A stretch of 63,778 nt of DNA, filler included, from Stramenopiles sp. TOSAG23-3 (taxonomy: Eukaryota), in the NCBI GenBank assembly GCA_900128585.1. It is 7 parts of 7 records of this genome, joined end to end, with 100 filler letters (N's around TTAATTAATTAA, not from the genome) between each part and the next. Parts side by side here need not be neighbours in the genome. Positions count along the whole stretch, not along the records: positions 53,036 to 55,106 come from LT645109.1; positions 55,207 to 57,276 come from LT645110.1; positions 57,377 to 59,444 come from LT645111.1; positions 59,545 to 61,612 come from LT645112.1; positions 61,713 to 63,778 come from LT645113.1; 2 more parts are not named here. One strand, 5' to 3'. A model generated the notes under the pieces. It was given only the letters and a program-made list of their open reading frames with translations, searched no databases and was not told where the DNA came from. Each line of letters begins with the position of its first letter. Positions within the stretch are counted from its first letter, which is position 1. Positions 53,486 through 61,948 of this stretch are shown here, in pieces. Both the position numbers and the translations under genes were made by a program.

Positions 53486-55105
53486 TTATCGATGTGTATT
53501 ACTATTTCTTCGGCGCAGAACCCGGGGCTTGCTTGGAGAGCGTTTTGTCTGTACTTTCCTGATCACTCGTTGCGGACCACCCAGCGAACGACCTGGGATT
53601 TGGCGCTGACAACCCCCCGCTTCTTTCAAATCTTCGAATATGTTTACGGCATTGCTATCCTCAAAGACGGACTTTCCTTCCACCTCCTTTCTGGCCTTAC
53701 CGTTCGAAACGCGCGCGGTTCTCGCAGGCTGAACAGGGGAAGTGTGCAATTCGCTCTTTACTTGAAATGTTCTTAGTTTTTCTTTCATCTTTGAGTTCTC
53801 TTTCAAAAGTCTAGAGTTGTCTTTCCTTAACTTCATTCTATCTTTCATAATGTTTTCCATGTAGTGAATCTTACTTTTCTTGGAAGACTTTGTGATTTTT
53901 TTAAAATGCAGATCTTGGGATTCATGCAACTGGGTTTTGGCCTCTTCCAGTTCTTCCGTAATCTCTGCAATTTTGCCCCTTTCCTGGGAGAGTTTAGTTT
54001 GAAACTCATCAACTTTCAATTGATGTTGGTCTTCTGCTTCCTTTATTGATAGCTGGTAATAGTCTTCTAACTTGTGAAGTTCTTCTGAGTTCAGCGTTTT
54101 CGTTTCTAGAACCTGCTCAGTCGTTTTGGACAAAAGAATATGCATCTCTTCAATTTCACACTTTAACTCTTTAATTTGCTTCGATTTACCTGGCGAATTA
54201 GATTTTGTTTCAGCAAGTTGTGCCTTCAAATTGCTTAATTCCTGGTTTACGTGGCTGAGTTCTTGCGCATGTTTTTTCTCGCTCAGCTTAGATTCCTTGT
54301 TGTATTTTGCTCTCAACATTTCAATTTCGTTGTCTTGGGAGTCTTTCATTCTCTTCATAGCTCTTCTAAAGTCTTTTTCAACACACGCAAGTTTCGCCTC
54401 CATTGCCACCATATTGTGGGTAGCCTTTTGAATCCCCTTGTTTTCTGCTTTGTCAATGGAATCAAGCAAATGCTGATTTTTCGAAAGGAGGCCTTCGACC
54501 GTGGTTTCTTGCTGCATTTTTAAGTCCGATATCAGTTTCTCATACTTTTCCCGCGAGTTTAATATAGACGCTCTCGCAGCATTTTCTTTTTCCAACACTG
54601 CGATCTTTAATTTTTTCAACTCTTCTGTGACTTTACTCAATTTGTCTTCCACCTCTTTTTTCATGGTTTTTTCAATAATCAAAAGATCGTTAAATTCATT
54701 TTGAAGCATTGCGATATGATTTTGATGGTCTTCTTCATCTTTCTGTGAAATATGTGCAAAATCTTGAAGCTCTCTTTTGACACTTTCAATAGATAAAGAA
54801 TGCTTCGTTTCTGCAAATGACATTTCCTCTTCATGTTTAACTTTTAATGTACCTAATTCTTTTGTTAAGTTTGATAATGATTTGGTAATGGTATCGTTCT
54901 CGTTCAAACTCTTCATCCACTCATTATTAACGGCTTCAAGCTCTTGCTTCGTTTTTTTCAGATCAGAAGCGATCGCCTCATAAGTTTCATTATACATATG
55001 CTCCATCTTTTTTGTTTTGCATTTAAACTCATTTTTCATGGTCTCAATGGTATTTCTATGCTCGTGCACTTTAGAGCGCATGATATTATTATCTTGAACT
55101 TGATA
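53486..55105 (-). CDS. Long coiled-coil protein, 5'-truncated by the contig end
   Basis: E/K-rich heptads throughout; the frame stays open up to the contig edge. Confidence 0.8.
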   Translation of the reverse strand, partial: YQVQDNNIMRSKVHEHRNTIETMKNEFKCKTKKMEHMYNETYEAIASDLKKTKQELEAVNNEWMKSLNENDTITKSLSNLTKELGTLKVKHEEEMSFAETKHSLSIESVKRELQDFAHISQKDEEDHQNHIAMLQNEFNDLLIIEKTMKKEVEDKLSKVTEELKKLKIAVLEKENAARASILNSREKYEKLISDLKMQQETTVEGLLSKNQHLLDSIDKAENKGIQKATHNMVAMEAKLACVEKDFRRAMKRMKDSQDNEIEMLRAKYNKESKLSEKKHAQELSHVNQELSNLKAQLAETKSNSPGKSKQIKELKCEIEEMHILLSKTTEQVLETKTLNSEELHKLEDYYQLSIKEAEDQHQLKVDEFQTKLSQERGKIAEITEELEEAKTQLHESQDLHFKKITKSSKKSKIHYMENIMKDRMKLRKDNSRLLKENSKMKEKLRTFQVKSELHTSPVQPARTARVSNGKARKEVEGKSVFEDSNAVNIFEDLKEAGGCQRQIPGRSLGGPQRVIRKVQTKRSPSKPRVLRRRNSNTHR

Positions 55106-55106
55106 G

Positions 55107-55206
55107 NNNNNNNNNNNNNNNNNNNNNNNNNNNNNNNNNNNNNNNNNNNNTTAATTAATTAANNNNNNNNNNNNNNNNNNNNNNNNNNNNNNNNNNNNNN
55201 NNNNNN
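55107..55206. other. Artificial contig linker
   Basis: N44-TTAATTAATTAA-N44. Confidence 0.97.
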
Positions 55207-55828
55207 CATGTCTGCGCGGGAAGGTGGCTCGGAGTCGGTTCGGCGCGATGATGTCCTCTTCTTTCCACTGTCCGGTGATTCCTAGGAACTCGGCTTCGGA
55301 CCAAGCGTCGATGTAATCGGTTATCGACTGGCCTGGAGCTGGCTCCGGGAGATCTTGGTATTCGCTGTCTGTTGGGTGCCGCTCCTTGAGGTGCCGTATG
55401 GCCTCTGAGACTGGTGTGAGCAGTTTTGATGGGCGGATGCCCCTGTAGAAGTGATGGAATCGCGTCCTGAGGCAGTGTTGGAGGATTTGTGCGTGTTGGT
55501 GCCGTTTCTTGATGATGTTCACAGTCTTTGCCCAGACGCGTCTTGTTTTGACTAGCTGTTTCAGCATTAGTATGTGCGTGAGCTTGGACGAGTCTTCTTT
55601 TTCGATGGGGATCCCGACAAGTTCTACCCCTTCCACTCCTTCTAGGTGCGTCTCGAACTGTAAAATGTCTTCGGGCTCCACTAGAAGAGAAAAGTTCACT
55701 AGGTTTCCTTGGGCGTTTGCGCGGCATTCCGTTGGGTAGTCATTGTTGGCCCGATCTGTGGGTAGGGCTCGTACCTCTTGGAATTCCCGTAGGAGTTGGG
55801 CCGTTACCAGTTCGGCCGGGAGGCCCAT
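55207..55828 (-). CDS. 3'-truncated ORF, possibly a retrotransposon Gag/ORF1
   Basis: The coding strand is A/C-rich and T-poor, unlike host genes. PGQSITDYIDAW resembles the Gag Q..ESV.DY..F motif. The ORF begins 12 nt from a broken dispersed repeat. Confidence 0.35.
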
Positions 55829-55995
55829 GCTAAATTTACATGGCTGTTATTTAAAAGTAATTAAAATTAATGTACTGCGAACTGAAATCTATCTTTGCTC
55901 TAAGTTTTAACTCATATTTTTATTATATAATTTGCTTTTTTTTATTGGCACACTGCAGGAAAAATGCCTCTTTTTTCTTTAAAATTAAAGTCTCT

Positions 55996-57030
55996 TTACC
56001 ATTTCAAAGCGTGGTAAAGTTTGTTCTTCTGCCGTAACGAATACCCATTCGAAATTCTGCTCCACATTTTTTCGGTGATCCTACCGTCCCATTTAAATAT
56101 AGCCCCTACGTGGCTTTTCCTTCGCATTGAAAACGTCTTAAATTGGTACGGCTCGTGAAATGCGATAGTGGGAACGAGACTCTCTGACCAACCGTGGCAT
56201 TTGTGTGTTGTCCCCAGCTTGTGCAAGCGATTTAAAAGCTTTTGAGAAAAACGCTGGACATGTTCTGAAGCGACCAAGTGGTTTTCAAAAGATGAGTTGA
56301 AGTACGGGGTATGAACCTTTCTCCAATGCCATGCATCTGTCACGGGTGCCTTGGTGTCGTATATAAAGTCTTCCTCGTTTGCAGAATACGAGGATATAAA
56401 TTCGGAAAAATTCCCACTGAAGCCAACGTCATCCTCGACCACCCACACGAATTTATAACGCTGCGACTGTTGGGTTTGAAACCAGTAGTTGATTGCTTCA
56501 ACGTGAAACCCCCATGCCAGTGAACACCCACCTCGCCTCTTTATTTTGCTGTTCACGTAGGCTGGTTTTTTGGCGCACACCGAGAGAGAGGGATAAAGCT
56601 TTAGCATATCGATTTCTGTATACTCACAGACATGAATGTCTTTGCCAATTTTCAGGTTACACAAACTTGCCTGTTTGCCTATGTAATCCTTTACGGTGCC
56701 TTCGTAGGAGCTCCCATGCGTAGCACCACAGGTCAATCGTTTCGCCGTCCTCCGCCTCTTTCCGTCGGTGGCATTTGTTTTTCCGGCGCTGCCCGGGCGG
56801 GGGAGACTGACGTCTATACTAATCCACAAATCTACGCTGAGCTCATCTGCATCTTTAAGCTGCTCTGCCCAAGATAACACTCTATGCACAGCCGCGATCG
56901 ATGGGTTGTATGATCTCACAAGCACGGCAGTCTTTCCTGAACTAGACGAAATCGGCCCCGCTTCTCCCCGACGCTTCTTACGAACAACGATAACGTCTTC
57001 ATCGTCTGTAAACCTAGTATGCTTGCCCAT
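55996..57030 (-). CDS. Putative glycosyltransferase-like protein (DUF3405-like)
   Basis: YKFVWVVEDDVGFSG (DxD-like), VQRFSQKLLNRLH, SESLVPTIA and LYHALK motifs. Confidence 0.5.
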   Translation of the reverse strand: MGKHTRFTDDEDVIVVRKKRRGEAGPISSSSGKTAVLVRSYNPSIAAVHRVLSWAEQLKDADELSVDLWISIDVSLPRPGSAGKTNATDGKRRRTAKRLTCGATHGSSYEGTVKDYIGKQASLCNLKIGKDIHVCEYTEIDMLKLYPSLSVCAKKPAYVNSKIKRRGGCSLAWGFHVEAINYWFQTQQSQRYKFVWVVEDDVGFSGNFSEFISSYSANEEDFIYDTKAPVTDAWHWRKVHTPYFNSSFENHLVASEHVQRFSQKLLNRLHKLGTTHKCHGWSESLVPTIAFHEPYQFKTFSMRRKSHVGAIFKWDGRITEKMWSRISNGYSLRQKNKLYHALKW

Positions 57031-57276
57031 CTAGATCATAGATTTACTAACTCTACTGCACGGCAGCACGGCAGTTCATTTCTTCGAAATACAACGTCTT
57101 ACAAATGATATCTTGCAGTTGAATCTTACCACTTGAAGAAAAAGATTTCAAATAACTACGAGAAGAGATGGGTGCGCTTCAAAAAATGTGGTGGTGCAAA
57201 AAAAGAAGAAGAAGAAGAAGAAGAAGAAGAAGAAGAAGAAGAAGAAAGAAGAAGAAGAAGAAGAAGAAGAAGAAGA

Positions 57277-57376
57277 NNNNNNNNNNNNNNNNNNNNNNNN
57301 NNNNNNNNNNNNNNNNNNNNTTAATTAATTAANNNNNNNNNNNNNNNNNNNNNNNNNNNNNNNNNNNNNNNNNNNN
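57277..57376. other. Artificial contig linker
   Basis: N44-TTAATTAATTAA-N44. Confidence 0.97.
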
Positions 57377-57436
57377 AAAAGAAAAGAAAAAAAGAAAAGA
57401 GAAAAGAGAAAGAAAAAAAAAAGAAAAAATATTATT

Positions 57437-59426
57437 AATGAGAACCGAACGCCAACCCCGCCCACATCACGCATAACTTTGACTAATGATTACAAAAGTA
57501 AAAGTCCAGAATAAAAAAAACATGAGTTACATGAATAAATCAGCAAAATCCAAAACACAAACTTCCTATCGATTCAGGTTCTTATTGATGCAATTCTGCA
57601 TTGCTCGTCACAGCACGTCGTGCATTCTTTCGCCTTGAATTCTAGTTTCGCGAAGTTACCCAGTGGGAGTTGACGACTTAGGAAAGAAGACACGGAATAT
57701 ACAGAATGTTATTGTAGACAACGGGGCGACCAAGCGCCTCCAACCGAGTTGTACGTTCGACGAGTTGGTCGATTTAAAAATGGTGTTGCATCTTTTGAAA
57801 CGTTTGGAGTATGAAACATTTGGACATGATTATCTTCCAGATCATCCTGATATTTTAAATTTAGCGTCTACTTTCTCTAAATGTACGTATATGTATTGAA
57901 TGGGTGGATTTCCTTCAACAATAAAACGTAAGGTCTCGTTGGACTGTTCATCCGATGGCTCTGCCCCCAAATCCTGTCGCATAAATTCAAAAATCTGATC
58001 CTTTGATAATAAAATATTATCGTAGAATAGTGGCAACAGCATCAATCGAACCCTCTGTACTATTGGCATATTAAAACATACGGTTGGAAGTTTATTAGGA
58101 AAGATGAAAAAGTACAAGAGGGGACCTAAATACGAAGAATACAAACAAAACATACCCCATTATGAGTTGATGGTCGAAAACACCAATGAAATACGACATG
58201 ACATAGCAACTCAATGGATCGAACGACTTGCTGAAACAAAACGTATCGTTCTTCCCTATCCTTCGGGATCGCTCCAAGTGGGTGTTCTCTATATGTCTCG
58301 AAATTGTGTTCGATAAGGCGTCCTTGATTGATTTCTTCTTCAATCTTCTTTCTTACCTTTCGTATCGCTCCGTCGTCGATTTTGTAATTCGACTTCAATG
58401 CCGCTTTCTCGAATGGGATTCTGATGTTGGCTGGCCATCCTTTCCGGATGTATTGGATCGCTTCTTGGTCGTGGTATGTTTTTAAATCTTCTTCGATTTG
58501 GTCAATGTTAAGTACTCCATCCGTGTCGGGTCTCTTGTCGATTTTTGGGCATGTCTGCTGATGGGATTTCTACTGTGTTCATGCAAAGTCTTTTGATTCA
58601 TACCAAATTGTTTCTCAACCTAATTCTTTTCCGACAATTTCGAATGGGGTTCCCTGTACTTTCGGTCTTAATTTCGTAAAGAATGTTTTAATCGTCGGTG
58701 CTAAATTCGGTAAGAATGTGTTCCATACTTGTTCCAAGACCCAGGTTCCATGTAAGAATACATTTTGTGAATATTGCAACCAGCTTGTCGTTTCGTTTGC
58801 TAACAAACTTTCTGCTGTTTCGTCGTATACCGCGCACAGAGTGTGTGGAAAGAATTCCAACAAGTTTCAGTGAAGAAATTATTGTTTTCAAACGATTTCT
58901 TACCGATGCTTTTGACCAACGCTTGCTGGCTCTGAGACGGAAGAACCCTGGTAGAGTTGGCTCTTTTTTTGTCTCCCCCTCACTACGTTCTGTAACGCGA
59001 TTCGGATACAATTTTAGATCATCCTCATTGTCAAAAAACCCAACATAAGAAGCCAGTCCATCGTTCAATAACTCGTCGTACTTGTCCTGTAATCCGCCGT
59101 CTAGGATTGGGCAATATTTCATTACATTAAACAGGTCGAGTCGGAAGATCGCTCTTGCTAAATCGATAGGAATTTCTTTTCCGAGTACGTCTGTTAAAAC
59201 GTTCTTGAACGATGCCATTGCCTCTTTTTCTGCTTTCGTGTGGATGGGGCCAAAACGCTTTACTTTTTGTTTGCTCGCCTACTAATCGCCTACTAAAACA
59301 CTTATGCTATTGAACTATTAATTCAAATTAACAGCCAATAGGCTTGTGAAAACTACAGGGATTTAGCGTTGTTCCGTTAGTCAAAGTTAGTCGTGATGTG
59401 GGTGGGGTTGGTGTTCGGTTCGCATT
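57437..59426. mobile_element. ~2-kb segment bounded by 50-bp inverted repeats and containing fragmented ORFs
   Basis: 57437-57486 matches the reverse complement of 59377-59426 at 45/50 positions. No intact gene lies inside. Confidence 0.6.
58252..58569 (-). pseudogene. N-terminal fragment of a DIRS/Ngaro-like (tyrosine-recombinase retrotransposon) reverse transcriptase
   Basis: Manual translation gives LNIDQIEEDLKTYHDQEAIQYIRKGWP...NYK...VRKKIEEEINQGRL...HPLGAIPK. No downstream RT core (YxDD) was found. Confidence 0.6.
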
Positions 59427-59444
59427 TATATTTATATAAGAAAG

Positions 59445-59544
59445 NNNNNNNNNNNNNNNNNNNNNNNNNNNNNNNNNNNNNNNNNNNNTTAATTAATTAA
59501 NNNNNNNNNNNNNNNNNNNNNNNNNNNNNNNNNNNNNNNNNNNN
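59445..59544. other. Artificial contig linker
   Basis: N44-TTAATTAATTAA-N44. Confidence 0.97.
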
Positions 59545-59860
59545 TGTCCGAAGCAGCTTCTCGTACTCCTTGTTTGAATCCCTCCGTTCCGACTTTGTTC
59601 CCAAAATATTTTACCCCCTTCCCTACAAGATAATTTAATCCTTTTCCGACACCTGGAGCTCCGATTACAGCGCCGATGGTGCTCTCTAATCTGTTCCCTT
59701 TGAGTAACTGCTGGGAAGCTAGCGAAGAGATATCGCTTGCTTTCTTTGCTGTCGAAACTGAAACTGATAGTCGCTTGGCTTCTGCCCATTGATTAGTAAT
59801 AGAATTTAAATCGTTTGAATAACTCTGTAAATCGCTGTTGTATGTTAAAGCGTTGTTCAT
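59545..59860 (-). CDS. N-terminal part of a putative viral structural/membrane protein, inverted relative to its 3' part
   Basis: Starts at TATAATG (ATG 59860) and ends YFGNKVGTEGFKQGVREAASD, which matches all but one residue of the start of the plus-strand frame at 59908. Confidence 0.6.
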
Positions 59861-59907
59861 TATACAAAAGGCAGAGATATATTTATAGATGTTATATTTA
59901 AACATAT

Positions 59908-60612
59908 TATTTTGGGTACAAAGTCGGAACGGAGGGATTCAAACAAGGAGTACGAGAAGCTGCTTCGGACATCGGTAAATCTGTAAAAACAGGGCTAAAC
60001 AACGTACGAAGTGGTATCAGCAATGCACAGGAAAGTGTGGGTAGATTTACAAAAACGGTAGGGGACAACATCGGACCAGAAGGCGGTGCTGAGGGACCAG
60101 CAGAAACCGAATTAACATCTGTGCCTCGACCTCCCCAAGACCCAATGGAAGACGCAACACGGGACCAAGGACGAACTGGCTACCAAGAAATGAAAGACCC
60201 GGAGCCTGGAGATGCTAATGAACTACCAGACTCATGGAAATCAAAGCAAATGAGAGATATGGAAGAAACGAAGGAAGAAGAACCGGAGGAAGCAGAAGCT
60301 GGAGAAACTGAAGCTGGAGAAGTAGGAGGAGATGCCGCTGAAGTCGGTGAAGTCGGTGAAGCTGCTGAAGGTGCGACAGAAGCGGCTGGGACGGTAGCAG
60401 CTTCTGATTGGTGGAACCCTATCGGAATTGTGGCAGGGCTAGCCACTCTAGGACTTGGGATTTATGAAGGTGTTGAAACTGCTGAAGCCGCGAACAAAGT
60501 AGCAGAGTTAAAGAAACAAATCCCTAAAGACGTTCCCAAGATACCACAAATGCAAGCCCAAGCTGGGCGATACATCGTACCAGTACAGAATCGACTAACG
60601 CAATTTAATTAA
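59908..60612 (+). CDS. C-terminal part of the same protein: acidic Gly/Ala/Glu-rich region plus a hydrophobic segment
   Basis: The frame is open from 59908 (YFGYKVGTEGFKQGVREAASDIGK...) and includes WWNPIGIVAGLATLGLGIY. It lies directly upstream of the capsid-like gene. Confidence 0.6.
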   Translation, partial: YFGYKVGTEGFKQGVREAASDIGKSVKTGLNNVRSGISNAQESVGRFTKTVGDNIGPEGGAEGPAETELTSVPRPPQDPMEDATRDQGRTGYQEMKDPEPGDANELPDSWKSKQMRDMEETKEEEPEEAEAGETEAGEVGGDAAEVGEVGEAAEGATEAAGTVAASDWWNPIGIVAGLATLGLGIYEGVETAEAANKVAELKKQIPKDVPKIPQMQAQAGRYIVPVQNRLTQFN

Positions 60613-60662
60613 AATACTTTAAAAATAAAACGGTAGATTTAATCTATGGTTTTATATAAACT

Positions 60663-61612
60663 ATGAGTGCAATATCAACCATTCAGAAAATCATAAGAAC
60701 AGACACCCAAGGCACGTTTTTGCCAGAGGATGAGATAAGCATTAAAATACAACCAGCCGACGTACCCGTATTAAATGGGAAAGACAGCTATTTTCACTTT
60801 ACATTTCAATTTAAAAACGGAGACTTTTACGCTAATCTTGACCCCAACGGAGGAGGCGCTACTTCCATTTTTGAGCGCGTCATGATTTACAACGGTTCAG
60901 AGGATACTCTCCTAGAAACCATCGAGGAGCCAATGATATGGACGGGAATCAAGGACTACTACGAAAAAACCGAAGGATTAGAAAACGTACGAAGCCTTTT
61001 AGAAGGGTCCCAAAAGGACAACGTATTCAATTCCATATACTTCAAGCCTCCAGCAACAGGGCACGCCTCTGTTGACTACACCAGCGTGGAGATATGTTTA
61101 CCTCTCTACCAGTCCGGAGTCCTTTACCCAGAGAACGGCAAAGTTTTCCCCGTAGCGGCAACCGAAGGACTCGTTCTAAAACTGCAACTATGTAGCGCTA
61201 TGAAATGCGCTAAAGGTATCGTTATGAACGGTATGGTTCAACAGAGGAACAGACAAGGTTTAGACCCAGTTGTAGCCGACTTAAAGTACACCGTAGGGGC
61301 GGTTACAGCAGCCCCAGCTGGACCAGTAGCAGAAGACAACCCAGAAACCTTCGAAGTTGCAACCGACATAGCGGCAGGGGCCCTTGCCTTTATCGAGATT
61401 CAAGCAACTGGTGGGGCAGTCGGCGCTCCTAACGTAGGTATTAATAACTTAAAAATCAACGTCTTAGCCACTGACGTGGGAGGCGAGGACCCCGTGCCAA
61501 TGATTGTAGGCAATACACTGTACTACGTGTGCGATGCCGGTACAATCGTCAACGCCGGGAAAATAACGGCTATCGGTGCCGTAGGCGCTCCCACTGCCAA
61601 TAAAATCCGGAT
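60663..61612 (+). CDS. Polinton-like virus jelly-roll capsid protein, 3'-truncated
   Basis: Motif order F.P...I.I.I....LNGKDSYFHF / LD..GGATSIFERVMIYNG...LLETIE / R.LLEG / ICLPL..SGVL....KVFPV....GL.L.L matches PLV capsid proteins as I recall them. Short AT-rich spacer ending TATATAAACT-ATG. Confidence 0.7.
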
Positions 61613-61712
61613 NNNNNNNNNNNNNNNNNNNNNNNNNNNNNNNNNNNNNNNNNNNNTTAATTAATTAANNNNNNNNNNNNNNNNNNNNNNNNNNNNNNNN
61701 NNNNNNNNNNNN
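61613..61712. other. Artificial contig linker
   Basis: N44-TTAATTAATTAA-N44. Confidence 0.97.
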
Positions 61713-61826
61713 GGATCTGCAATAGGAGGAGATATTGTTCTTGAACTGACACCTTCTTTTTTCTTTAATTTTAATTTACTATATAAAATAAAACCAGCGA
61801 ACAATATCTCCTCCTATTGCAGATCC
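61713..61826. repeat. Perfect 28-bp inverted repeat with a 58-nt spacer at a contig start
   Basis: GGATCTGCAATAGGAGGAGATATTGTTC (61713-61740) and its reverse complement (61799-61826). Confidence 0.9.
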
Positions 61827-61948
61827 TCCCCAAGTTCTGGTGGCTGTTATTTAAGTATGATAAATGAAAGGTTATCTTCTTTATTTAATATATATTTTTT
61901 TCATTGAAAAACTCAAGGGTTCCAGGAGAGAGACGTAAAACTAGCATA

